DNA of 64,000 nt from an uncultured Candidatus Sumerlaeota bacterium (GTDB lineage Bacteria > Sumerlaeota > Sumerlaeia > SLMS01 > CAYUNT01): positions 32 through 64,031 of the forward strand of contig CAYUNT010000002.1 in NCBI GenBank assembly GCA_964446285.1, in the 5' to 3' direction. The notes under the pieces are model-generated. The model did no database searches. It was given only the letters and a program-made list of their open reading frames with translations, and was not told the origin of the DNA. This document shows, piece after piece, positions 51,701-60,522 of this stretch (the first letter of the stretch is position 1; every line of letters begins with the position of its first letter). A program made the position numbers and the translations under genes.

Positions 51701-52933
51701 GATCCTTGCGGTTTCATTTGTCCCATTCGTCTCATCAGCGCCAACCGCGCTGCTATCCACTTTTGTCTCACGGGCGGAGAGCGCATCGAGAGCCAGGCGT
51801 TCAATGTCATTGAAATCCAGCGCGCCAATCTGTCGTTTTTCTCGCGCATAAGCATCCAGCGCATCCTCGGTGAGCGCCAGAAAGCGTCCTATCAACGGCG
51901 ATGTCGAGCGCACGCCATCAATCCAGTCTTCGGGAGAAAAACGCGCCTGAAACTTAGCAAGCGCCGTCAATTGTTTGCGGGCCGGATCGAAGACGCGCGC
52001 CTTGAGAAGGTTTCGCATTTCCGCATATTCCGGCGGCACGCGCGGACCTTTGCGCGGCATTTTCGCGCTGGCGCAATCGGCGAGAATCTGCTGCCATTCC
52101 GTCCATTCGCCCGCCGCCAGCGAGCGCCGTGCGCGAATCGATGCGTCGCGCAAATCGCCTGCAAATCCCGCCAGTTTTGCATCCGGAATTCCGCGCGCGG
52201 CCAGTTCGCGCAAGAGCCAGTCGAAACGCGCCTCGATGTCGGCGTGCGCGGCCTCGAGGGTTTCGATAAATCGCCTCCCCCAGAAAGTCCGCTCCAGAAC
52301 AGGTATTTTACCTGCGGGCGAGCCGAATTCCCCCAGCGCCGCCAGAACGCGCGCCTTCCATTCCGCCGGACGCGCCGTCGTGCGTAGGAAATCCGCCGCG
52401 CGCCTTACCTCGCCAGCCAGCCGCGCATCATCGCGCCGTCCGCCGAACGCATCCACCAGCGCCCGAAACTCGACCCCGCGCGGCCCGTCGTCGCGGTAAT
52501 GCGCCTCAAAAACGCCATCGAGCGTTTCCGCCCATAGCAGCTCGCCCTCCTCGGCGTCCAGCACGCCGAATCCAGGATTTATATCCAGGACGTGGAAATT
52601 CTGGCGGACAAGTTCCTGGCAAAACGAATCCAGCGTCGAGATAGAAGCGCGCTCAAGCAGGGCCAGCTGGCGGCGCGCCCGCGCGTGGTCTGGATACTGC
52701 GAGAGCGTTTCGCGAAGCGCTCCGCCTATGCGGTCTTTCATTTCCCGCGCGGCGGCCCGCGTAAACGTGACAACCAGAAGGTTCTCGATATCGAGCGGCG
52801 GAACTTCCTGCGTAATGGCGTAAAGCACGCGCCCGGCGAGCACGGACGTCTTGCCCGCTCCGGCGGCGGCGGAAACGAGCAGGTTCACGCCGCTGGTTTC
52901 GACGGCGAGGCGCTGTTCGGGAGAGAATTTCAT
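48704..52933 (-). CDS. addA: ATP-dependent helicase/nuclease AddA (UvrD-like helicase with C-terminal PD-(D/E)xK nuclease)
   Basis: Walker A AAGAGKTSVL, UvrD helicase motifs, 1409 aa. 4-nt overlap with the upstream addB. Confidence 0.85.
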   Translation of the reverse strand: MKFSPEQRLAVETSGVNLLVSAAAGAGKTSVLAGRVLYAITQEVPPLDIENLLVVTFTRAAAREMKDRIGGALRETLSQYPDHARARRQLALLERASISTLDSFCQELVRQNFHVLDINPGFGVLDAEEGELLWAETLDGVFEAHYRDDGPRGVEFRALVDAFGGRRDDARLAGEVRRAADFLRTTARPAEWKARVLAALGEFGSPAGKIPVLERTFWGRRFIETLEAAHADIEARFDWLLRELAARGIPDAKLAGFAGDLRDASIRARRSLAAGEWTEWQQILADCASAKMPRKGPRVPPEYAEMRNLLKARVFDPARKQLTALAKFQARFSPEDWIDGVRSTSPLIGRFLALTEDALDAYAREKRQIGALDFNDIERLALDALSARETKVDSSAVGADETNGTNETARINETSNLSSNEAFLTPGPVALQYRDRFERVLVDEYQDINELQAAILHLVSRQNDAQGRAPNLFAVGDVKQSIYGFRLAEPEIFLDAYRRAQSLRPDAPQSAASAGALSAGTTENHVANIDTADFRIDLPRNYRCRRPVIDAVNSVFERLMDVALGGIPYDDSARLVQGRGASDPPADLPPSKNPDNCPVEWLLVDSSAPIVSRADGGESAVAFSPNGEPSDADTRGEEGAHSPDGGAENEAASEENEGEGEDAAAPEAEPALLEREAYALASRLWSLVGRRADGQNADLWIEDSGGVWRPVQWGDIVILMRSMTGADVFAAALRHCGIPVKAPPGGNLLDALEIRDLVSVLEILDNPCQDIPLAAYLRSPFCRFSADDLMRIRLGASEGDFYAAARAFSAGDSGAKASANSDDSSDLAERCRAALERIERWRALSRQVSVAELIDRILAESQYRAAACAGLDGDLRESNIETLRERAAQFDTFANRGLARFLRFLRRLAESGQNPASGDNAPPGENAVRLLSIHRAKGLEFPVVVIANLSGRFNLSDLYNPIVTDRRGLIGMRAPCKQRGVHLPALHHEAVRAGRRIAMLSEEMRLLYVAMTRARDLLILSGTVARPREAFDAWRLWSGGAKSETLPVFLRSSARCLLDWIGPALAGSAELAAKSEEARAEQRRRGASLGIARNQSVPLTLAHIIERIEITGANTEFAKPPEAEAAEGASNAFAGDCASWEARALESLRRIAAASSAPELPGGLRAKMSVTEIKRLWDYASEPEDGAPGWPFAPPASARKTCKEFSAKESEESPGKEERPPQLGAAERGTITHLAMRHLDYSRADSEEQVRGQVAALINQGLLPAVAADAVDCAAVARFFQGELGRRLASLPAGAIRREVPFTALVPAGEVYGFLPETARARFRGESIVVQGVADCVAAASDGLLLLDWKTDQVSAGPALEERAISYAEQIRLYARALSEIHRRPVQKAVLVFLWAGIEREVPLDRVAD

Positions 52934-55900
52934 TGCCGCGCCTCGCTTTCCTGGCCGTTCTCCGCGCCACGATATATTTTGTCATTTGCCGCGGGCGCGC
53001 TTTGACGCAAGCGTTCAAGCGCTTCCTCCGCTCTAAGGCGGGGCAGGGCGCGCGGCGCATCCACGCGGTCGTCAAACCGGCACAGTGGACGGAACGGACA
53101 CCATTTACAAGGTATCTTGCCGCCATAGCGCACCGGCGCCACCTCGATTATGCCGTTCAGGATTGCGCGCCCCGACGCGGCGATGAAGCGCCCCGCATGA
53201 GCCAGCACGCGGTCCATGTCGCCATCCGCCAGCGCGTCGCTCCATCGCATCGAGACCTCGCCCGCCTCGCTCACGCGAGCTCGGTGGAAAACGCCCTTCT
53301 CGCCTGGGTCGATGGTTTCGAGCGCCGCCTGCCATCGCGCCTCGAACATCCCTCGCATCTGACGCCGCGCGTGACGATCCGTCTCCGTTTCGGACTCGGC
53401 GTCGTCAGGGTGTGCAAATTTCGGCGCCGCTTCGATCACTGGCATGTAAAACGCGCCCGCCGCGCGCGGATGCCCGCCGAGTTGCTGCGCGGCCCGCGGC
53501 GAGGCGCACACGGCAAGCAAATACCCCGCCAGCTGCAATTGAAGACCATAATACAATTCGCCCAAATCCAAAGGCCGCGCCGTGGTTTTGTAATCCACCA
53601 CGCGCACGCCGACCTCCGTCGCTGGACCTTCCGCCGCGCCCCGATTTGATTTGTCTTCTCCAGCAACGGGCTGTGTTGCGTCCAGGCGATCGATCCGTCC
53701 GCGAATTCGCAGCCGAATACCATCGCCCAGATCAAACTCCAGCGGATCGAGCACCAGTCCGCGTTCTGAATCCGCGCCTGCCGCGGCCCCTTTTGCCACA
53801 GCGCCGCCCATCCCGAAATCCACCTCGGCGCCCACGGGACGGAACCGGCTGCGGCGCAGCGACGACGCCACCGTCCAAGCCATCGCACCGAGCGTTTCGC
53901 GAATCCGCTCCAGGAGAAAACGCATTCGCGCCGTGCTGAGGAGGAGTTCGTTTTTCAGGCGCGGCGCGGCCTGGTCGAGGCACCGCGCGATTTCCGCACG
54001 AACCGTCTCTTCGCCAAGCGCCGCCAAGTCTTCACCGCGTTCGAGCGCCCCGCCCACCCACAAACCCATCACCGCGTGGTAGAGCGATCCGAGGTCCACG
54101 ACCTCGACTCGATATTCCGGGCGCGGTTCGAGCGCGAGCAGATTCGCGGCAAAATGCTGGAACGGGCACGCGGCGAACGATTCGATCCGGCTGAGCGAAA
54201 GCGGCACAATCCCTTTCTGCGAAACAAGCGCCTTGCGCGCCAGCGCCGGATCGAGGCGCGCCTGCTGCGGTTTTTCCGCGGCGCACTGGGCCATCTGCAC
54301 CGCCTGCGCCAGCGCGGGGGCAGCGGCGATGGCTTCCGCGCGAAGCCGTTCGAGCGCCGCACGCGCCTCGGGATCGCGTCCGGCCCCGCCCGTCCTCCCT
54401 GTCATCGCTTCCGCCCACAACGATGCCCATGCGCCAGGTGTATCCGCGCTTTCCCAGTCCGAATAATGATTTCCGCCGATCTGCTCCGGCTCCGCCCCCG
54501 GAAACAGCGCTCGCATCCGCCTCCAGAAAGGCGACGGGAACAACGCCTCTCCTTTCGCATCTGCGAGCGGGCGGCTCGCCCACAACCGCCTTTCCGCGCG
54601 CGTAAATGCAATGTAGGCTAAATACGATTCGTTCAAAAATAGTTCGCGCGAAGGCGGCGCCACCTCGCATCCGAGCGTCCGCAACAAATCGCGCTCGGCA
54701 TCGTTCAGGAGCGGGTCCTGCGCGCGCGCGCGCGGAAAATCCCCTTCCGACAAGCCAATCACCAGGGCCGCATCCAAATCCGGCTGGCGCGAACGGTCCA
54801 CGCTCCCGAGGCTCGCCGCATCCAGACCCGGCGGGATGACGCCGATGCGCAAATCCGCAAGCGCCGTCTCGACAATCTCAACCGCTTCCCCGCCAGCGAG
54901 CGGTTCGCCTCCAAGCGCCTGCGCCATTTGTTCGAGGGCGCCGCGAACGATTCCGAGCGCCTGGCGGTGTTCTTCCGCCCGCGCCGGATCGCCATCGCGC
55001 CGCGCCTGCTCCTCGAGCGCGCGCAATTGCCCCTCGGCGTCCACGCGCCGCATCCAATCCGCCAGCGCCTCCGCCAGCCGCTCCGCATCTGTGGCGGCCT
55101 GCGCATCCTGCCCGATCTCCTGCTCCTCTTCCTGATTTTCTTTGGCGCCAATTGAATTTTCCGCTTCTGGAGGACGCATCGCCCCGAGCGCATGCGCCGC
55201 CTCCCACTCGACGAGCGGATTCACAATCCGCAGCCGCCAGGCGTTGATGCGCGCCAGTTGCTCGCGCCGCCGCGCCTCCTCCCGCGGATCCATTCGCGGG
55301 TCGTCATCATCGAGCCGCCGCTGTCCCCACACCTGCCACCCCCGCGGCGACGTCCAAACCCCGCGCCCCGTAAAGCCATGTTCGATCGTGTAATTCTCCA
55401 GCCGGTCGATTGCCTCCGGCTCGATTCCCGCCCCCGCCAATCCTGTTTTCAGCAAATCGAAAACGTCTGGCGAATGCCATCCGCGAAACGTCACGCGCGC
55501 CAGCGCCTTAAGCGCCGCCACAAGCGGATGCGCATCGAGCGGGCGCCGCTGATCCACGAAATAGGGAATGCCGAATTCGCGCAGCGCGGGCGCAAGATCG
55601 CCAAGGCGTTCCTCGATGCTTCGCGCGATAATTGCCATGCGCCGCCAGGGGATTCCCTCCTCGCGATGCAGCCGGGCCATTTCGCGCGCCGCCGCCCCGG
55701 CCTCCGCGCGAGGCGACGCCGCCTCCACCAGGCGGATCGAAGGCGGCGCAGCACGCGCCGGCGGCTCGTGTTCCCGCGCAGCGGGTCCTCCCCAGGGTAT
55801 AGGCCGGACGCGCCCCCATTGCGCTTCGAGATGCGCGAGGTCGGGCGCTTGTGAAAATCGGCCCCGCGCCTCGCCATTTTCTTTTGCGCCTTTCCCATTA

Positions 55901-56994
55901 TGCCCCATCCCGGCGAGCGCCAGCGGCTCGAGTTCCGGCACGCCGAGCGCCGCAGCCCGCGCCCGCAAACGCCGCAGCGTCCGCCCCGTTTCCGCAAACA
56001 GCTCGCCCGCCGCCTCCTCAAGCGCGAATCCATCATCAAGCGCCCGTTCAACGCCCGGGTCCAGGCACAGGCACAAATCCACCTCGGACGATTGGCGCAA
56101 AATCTCGTCGAGCGCGGCCAATTCCTGCGCGCTGAACGACGAAAATCCGTCGATCCACACACGCGCCCCGGCAAGCAGCGGACGACGCCTCAGCGCCTCG
56201 GCCAGCCGCCCCGCCGCCTCTTCCGGGTTGAGGAACCGCCCGTTGATCGCGGCCAGATAGTCTTCGAAAATATCCGCCAGATCATGGGTTTTCGCAGCCA
56301 GATAAGACCGTCCAGCCGCCGCGGAGCGCCCGGCTTCTTTTGGCGCATTCCCCGAGGCGGCCTCTAAATTCGCCGCGTCCGCCGCAGGTTTTGACAGCGT
56401 TTCGGCCACTTCGCGCAACATGGCGGGTGTGATGCGCTGGCGCAGAAACTCCGCCACCAGCCGCCCGGCTTCGGCGTCGAACCCCGCCTGCGTTCCCGCC
56501 CGCCGGAACACGCGCAGTTGCCTGGCCCGCCGCCGCAGAATCAGCCGCAGAAGCAAACGCCGTTGCAGCAATCCGATTTCCGGTTCCCCTGGCCCTCCGG
56601 CTTCCTGAAAAGCCCAGAACGCCAGCCTCCGAAAAGACAATATGCGCGCGCGCGAAAACGCCCGCCCCCCCAGGCAATCGAGCAGCGCGCGTTCCATTTG
56701 GAAGGTTGCCTGTTCGGGCACGAGCAGAACCAAAGGCGCACTCTCCGCCCCATATACTGCGCCCGCTCCTGTCCGTTGCCGGCACGCAGAAGAATTTTCA
56801 GGCGCACTCTCCACCCCATATACTGCGCCCGCTCCTGGGATCGCGAGGCTCCGCACTCGCGCCCCATCTGCCTCTCCGACTGCGCATGGTTCCCCGCCCA
56901 GACCCTCTTCCGCGCGCAACGCCCCGGCCACCGCGGCAAGGCAATGCCGTGTTTTTCCGCTTCCCGCCCGGCCCAGAACAAACCTCAGCGCCAC
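52930..56994 (-). CDS. addB: ATP-dependent helicase/nuclease AddB (with in-frame repeat insertion near the N-terminus)
   Basis: MALRFVLGRAGSGKT start, LLVPEQATFQ, and a C-terminal Fe-S nuclease cysteine cluster (CKWCPFRPLCRFD). Insertion [50 protein letters not shown] is encoded by repeat DNA. Confidence 0.85.
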   Translation of the reverse strand: MALRFVLGRAGSGKTRHCLAAVAGALRAEEGLGGEPCAVGEADGARVRSLAIPGAGAVYGVESAPENSSACRQRTGAGAVYGAESAPLVLLVPEQATFQMERALLDCLGGRAFSRARILSFRRLAFWAFQEAGGPGEPEIGLLQRRLLLRLILRRRARQLRVFRRAGTQAGFDAEAGRLVAEFLRQRITPAMLREVAETLSKPAADAANLEAASGNAPKEAGRSAAAGRSYLAAKTHDLADIFEDYLAAINGRFLNPEEAAGRLAEALRRRPLLAGARVWIDGFSSFSAQELAALDEILRQSSEVDLCLCLDPGVERALDDGFALEEAAGELFAETGRTLRRLRARAAALGVPELEPLALAGMGHNGKGAKENGEARGRFSQAPDLAHLEAQWGRVRPIPWGGPAAREHEPPARAAPPSIRLVEAASPRAEAGAAAREMARLHREEGIPWRRMAIIARSIEERLGDLAPALREFGIPYFVDQRRPLDAHPLVAALKALARVTFRGWHSPDVFDLLKTGLAGAGIEPEAIDRLENYTIEHGFTGRGVWTSPRGWQVWGQRRLDDDDPRMDPREEARRREQLARINAWRLRIVNPLVEWEAAHALGAMRPPEAENSIGAKENQEEEQEIGQDAQAATDAERLAEALADWMRRVDAEGQLRALEEQARRDGDPARAEEHRQALGIVRGALEQMAQALGGEPLAGGEAVEIVETALADLRIGVIPPGLDAASLGSVDRSRQPDLDAALVIGLSEGDFPRARAQDPLLNDAERDLLRTLGCEVAPPSRELFLNESYLAYIAFTRAERRLWASRPLADAKGEALFPSPFWRRMRALFPGAEPEQIGGNHYSDWESADTPGAWASLWAEAMTGRTGGAGRDPEARAALERLRAEAIAAAPALAQAVQMAQCAAEKPQQARLDPALARKALVSQKGIVPLSLSRIESFAACPFQHFAANLLALEPRPEYRVEVVDLGSLYHAVMGLWVGGALERGEDLAALGEETVRAEIARCLDQAAPRLKNELLLSTARMRFLLERIRETLGAMAWTVASSLRRSRFRPVGAEVDFGMGGAVAKGAAAGADSERGLVLDPLEFDLGDGIRLRIRGRIDRLDATQPVAGEDKSNRGAAEGPATEVGVRVVDYKTTARPLDLGELYYGLQLQLAGYLLAVCASPRAAQQLGGHPRAAGAFYMPVIEAAPKFAHPDDAESETETDRHARRQMRGMFEARWQAALETIDPGEKGVFHRARVSEAGEVSMRWSDALADGDMDRVLAHAGRFIAASGRAILNGIIEVAPVRYGGKIPCKWCPFRPLCRFDDRVDAPRALPRLRAEEALERLRQSAPAANDKIYRGAENGQESEARQ

Positions 56995-57000
56995 AGAGCC

Positions 57001-57062
57001 ACCTTTCTTTCTATTTCTCTTTCTCTCTTGTTCGCGCGTGTGCGTGCGTGCGTGCGTGTCAT
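57001..57062. repeat. simple-sequence tract upstream of addB: CT-rich run followed by (GCGT)5-like microsatellite
   Basis: ctttctttctatttctctttctctcttgttcgcgcgtgtgcgtgcgtgcgtgcgtgtc read directly. Confidence 0.5.
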
Positions 57063-57493
57063 GCCGCCAGAAGATTCACCGCAGAGGCGAGGAGAACGCA
57101 GAGTTTTTTCCTTATCTCTTGTTCGCGCGCGTTCGCGTGTGCACTGCAATCTCCCACGCGCCGCAAGTTTCTTTCACTCCGCCGTTGTGTGCGAGCGTTT
57201 TCTCGCCATTGGAGGGATGTGCGGATTGACACCCTCTGCCAGTTTGTTATGGTAAGTTCACAAGGCGGTTCGAGGCGCGCAATCCGGATTGCGCGTGCGG
57301 ATGCGCCAACCGCTCCCCGCCAGAAGAGCGCGAGTGAAGAAAAAGCGCGAGTGCAGAGCCTCGCGATCCCAGGCGATCCTGGCCGATCCCCCCAAGCTCC
57401 GCCTTGCGCCATGCGCCGGCAAATCGGACTCGCATCGAATCTGCCCCAGCCGTCTTGAACCAATCCCTCATCCCCCAAAAGGAGGACGCTGCC

Positions 57494-57778
57494 ATGGCCG
57501 ACACCGAAGCAAAAAAAGCGGAAGGACCGACCCCAGGCCAGCGCCTTGACGACGCCATCGACGCCACACGCGGGAAAATCTCGCAGGTGGCCGGCGCGGT
57601 TCGCGAGAAGTTCGAGCATGGCCGCGAGGCCATTGGTGAACTCAAGAAAAAGAGCTTCGAAGACGTCATTACGTCCACGAAGAATTTCGCCAAGGAACAT
57701 CCTGGCACGACGCTCCTCGGCGGAATCGCCCTCGGATTCCTGATCGGCTATATCGTCCGGGGACGCCGCGACGACTAA
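57494..57778 (+). CDS. DUF883/ElaB-YqjD-like C-tail-anchored membrane protein
   Basis: Strong Shine-Dalgarno (aaaggagga) before the ATG at 57494. Coiled-coil N-terminus and C-terminal TM LLGGIALGFLIGYIV. 95 aa. Confidence 0.7.
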   Translation: MADTEAKKAEGPTPGQRLDDAIDATRGKISQVAGAVREKFEHGREAIGELKKKSFEDVITSTKNFAKEHPGTTLLGGIALGFLIGYIVRGRRDD

Positions 57779-57843
57779 GCCGGCAGCTGCCGGGCCTTCC
57801 TCCCGTCACCGCGGTCCCCCATCTGAAATACAGCAGATTTTTC

Positions 57844-58317
57844 ATGCCCCCTTCGTCACCATCCGAGGCGGAGAACGAGCGTATGGCCGATCCTGAAAGC
57901 GCGCGCGATTCCCATGCGCAAGAGCCTAGCGCATCCAGTTCCGGCAATCCCGGCCCTGCCGCTGCCGCGCCGCCGTCCCCGCCCTCGTCATCGCCCATCG
58001 CAAATCTTCTGATCGAGCTGGCCGGGCTTGTGGCGCGATGGTTCGGACTGCAATTCGAGCGCGCCTCCATCAGCATCCGCCTCCAGATTCAGACGCTGAT
58101 CGTAGTCGCGATTCTCAGCGGCGCGGGGTTGTTGCTGGTGGCTGCGGGGATCGTCTTTCTCGACGTGTTTCTATTTCAGCTGATCCGCCTCTGGCTGGAA
58201 GAAGCCGCGTCGTGGTGCCTGATGGCCATTCTTCATCTTCTGGCCGGAATTCTGTTGATCCGCCTGGCGATTGCGCGCTCAAGAGCGCCCGAAGAAGAAG
58301 AGGAGGACGAAGGATGA
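57844..58317 (+). CDS. YqjE-like (holin-X/DUF1469-type) two-TM inner-membrane protein
   Basis: Two hydrophobic helices and an acidic C-terminal tail (EEEEEDEG). Gene order follows the DUF883 gene as in yqjD-yqjE-yqjK. Confidence 0.55.
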   Translation: MPPSSPSEAENERMADPESARDSHAQEPSASSSGNPGPAAAAPPSPPSSSPIANLLIELAGLVARWFGLQFERASISIRLQIQTLIVVAILSGAGLLLVAAGIVFLDVFLFQLIRLWLEEAASWCLMAILHLLAGILLIRLAIARSRAPEEEEEDEG

Positions 58318-58655
58318 TGGGCGCGGGACGACGCGATGCCTTGCGCCGCCGGGCGCAAATCCGCCGCGAACTCGCCGAAACCGAGGCGCGGATGGGTGTT
58401 GTGTTTCGCGCCATGGAAAGCGGAACACGCGACGCGCTCAGCCCCGTCCGGTTCGTGCAGCGCCGTCCGGTGCTTGGATTTGCGCTGGCTGTGGTTGGGG
58501 GACTTCTCCTCAGCCGCCTGCTAGGCAAACGCGCCTCGGGCGAGGTGATCCGGCGCACAGGGCGCTCACTGCTCGGTCGTGTGGTCGCCAGCCAGGCCAC
58601 GCGCCTTCTCGCCCCGCATCTCGAATCCCTTGCCGCGCGGTTTATACGCTTTTGA
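58314..58655 (+). CDS. YqjK-like small protein (Arg-rich N-terminus, C-terminal TM)
   Basis: ATGA start-stop overlap with the upstream gene. 113 aa with hydrophobic segment LGFALAVVGGLLLSRLL. Confidence 0.45.
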   Translation: MMGAGRRDALRRRAQIRRELAETEARMGVVFRAMESGTRDALSPVRFVQRRPVLGFALAVVGGLLLSRLLGKRASGEVIRRTGRSLLGRVVASQATRLLAPHLESLAARFIRF

Positions 58656-58686
58656 TGACAGCAAAATAACGAACAATAAATCCTCC

Positions 58687-60453
58687 ATGACCTCTACCAC
58701 CCGTTCCTCGATTGCCCCCGCCCTGTTGATGGCGGGGGTAATGTTTGCCCTCGCGTGGTCCGTGGCCTTTGTGCCCATCCGCGCCGACAACGATTGCTGG
58801 TGGCACGTCAAAACCGGCAAATACATCAGCGAACACGGAATCCCCAGCCACGATGTGTTTTCTTTCACGGCGGAAGATCACAAGTGGGACAACCACGAAT
58901 GGCTGACCGAGGTGGCGATGTGGCAGATGTATCGCCTGGGCGACGAAACGGGCCTGGGCGGATGGCGCGCGGTGATTTTGCTGACGGCGCTTCTTTCGAT
59001 GGCCTCGTGGGCGGCGGTGGCGTGGCTCGCGGGACGGCGAGTGCGCTATTGGCCGGTGGCGCTCTTCGTGGCAATCTGGGCCATCGCCATCGGACGCCGC
59101 ACGCTCTATCCGCGCCCGCCCGTGGTTACGTATGCGCTTTTTGCAATCTTCCTGTGGATATTGTATGAGGTGCGATTGCGGCGCTGGCCGCGCAAACGCC
59201 TCGCCTGGCTCGTTCCGCTGACCGCGCTTTGGTCCAATCTGCATGGCGGATGGATGGCCGGGCTGGTGGCCGTGGTGTTTTTCGGATTCGAGTCGGCGCT
59301 CGCGACCGCTTTCGACTGGTGGCGGCAATGGCGCGCCGCGAAAAGGAACCTGTCAGACATTCAAAAAGGAAGACTAGGACGGGACGTCCAAGCCACCGGA
59401 GATCTTGGGCTAGATGCCCAAGCCGCCGGAAATGCGCGACTTGACTTCCACCGCAAAGACTTCATCGCCTACAGTCTCGTCTTTCTCGGGTGCGTGGCCG
59501 CGTCGTGCGCCAATCCCTTCGGGTGGCGGCTGTATCTGCTGCCCGCTCGCGTGATGAAAGACCCGAATCTGACGCGCCTCATCGGCGAATTGCAGCCTCC
59601 GAACTTGTTTTACACGGTAGCGTTTCTCGTCGCTCTGCTCGCGGCGGGCGCGGGATTCGCCCTCGTGCGGAGGCGGCCCGTCGCGCTGCCGGACGCGCTT
59701 TTGTTTCTCTTTTGGGGATGGCAGGCCGGGCAGCACGTCCGCCACCTGCCGATGTTCGCCGTTGCCGCCGCGCCGCTGCTCGCCGTGCTCGTGCGCCAGG
59801 GATTGGCGGATTTCCGCACGCACCCGGCCATGTTGAGCGCGGGGTCTGGCCTGCGCCGCGCGATCCATTGCGCAACGCCCTGGGCCATCGCCGCCGCGGG
59901 CGCCGTCCTTGCGGTCTATGTGGCGCTCAATCCGCGCGAAGCCGATTCGTATCCGGCGCGCAATCGCGACCTCCTGCGCGGAACCGACTACATCGCGGAG
60001 AATTATCCGGCCGAGGCGTGCGATTTCGTGCTGGCGAATGACATTCGCGGACGCCTCTTCAATCTGAATCACTACGCCGGCTATTTGATTTGGCGTCTTT
60101 CGCCCGAACACACGCGCGTATTCACCGATTCGCGGTTCGACATCTTTGGCGGGCGCTTTATCGAGGACGAATATGTGATCCGCCGCGGCGCGGAATCGGC
60201 GCGCGAGGGCGTCCTGTGGCAAGAACGCCTCGACGCCTATAAAATCGACTGGATTCTCATTCCGGACGCCGAACCGCTCAACGAACGTCTTTCGGCGCAT
60301 CCCGAGGCGTGGGAACTCGTCTATCGCGACGGCCCGTGGTCGCGCCATCCGGCGGGATTCTCGATTTGGATTCGCGTCACGCCCGAGACGCAAGCCATGC
60401 GCGACCGCTGCCGCCGCGCCCTCGCCGCCATGTCGCCCGAGCCAAAGGAATAA
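58687..60453 (+). CDS. large polytopic membrane protein, GT-C-like, carrying two in-frame copies of the GC-hairpin repeat
   Basis: About ten hydrophobic helices and a C-terminal soluble domain. The internal segment GRLGRDVQATGDLGLDAQAAGN is encoded by 59376-59432, which matches the hairpin repeat family. Confidence 0.55.
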   Translation: MTSTTRSSIAPALLMAGVMFALAWSVAFVPIRADNDCWWHVKTGKYISEHGIPSHDVFSFTAEDHKWDNHEWLTEVAMWQMYRLGDETGLGGWRAVILLTALLSMASWAAVAWLAGRRVRYWPVALFVAIWAIAIGRRTLYPRPPVVTYALFAIFLWILYEVRLRRWPRKRLAWLVPLTALWSNLHGGWMAGLVAVVFFGFESALATAFDWWRQWRAAKRNLSDIQKGRLGRDVQATGDLGLDAQAAGNARLDFHRKDFIAYSLVFLGCVAASCANPFGWRLYLLPARVMKDPNLTRLIGELQPPNLFYTVAFLVALLAAGAGFALVRRRPVALPDALLFLFWGWQAGQHVRHLPMFAVAAAPLLAVLVRQGLADFRTHPAMLSAGSGLRRAIHCATPWAIAAAGAVLAVYVALNPREADSYPARNRDLLRGTDYIAENYPAEACDFVLANDIRGRLFNLNHYAGYLIWRLSPEHTRVFTDSRFDIFGGRFIEDEYVIRRGAESAREGVLWQERLDAYKIDWILIPDAEPLNERLSAHPEAWELVYRDGPWSRHPAGFSIWIRVTPETQAMRDRCRRALAAMSPEPKE

Positions 60454-60522
60454 TAAGGGCATTCGCCAAATGAATAATTACTGCAGAGTCGAATTGAAAC
60501 GGATAAGAGGAAGTAAACTCCA

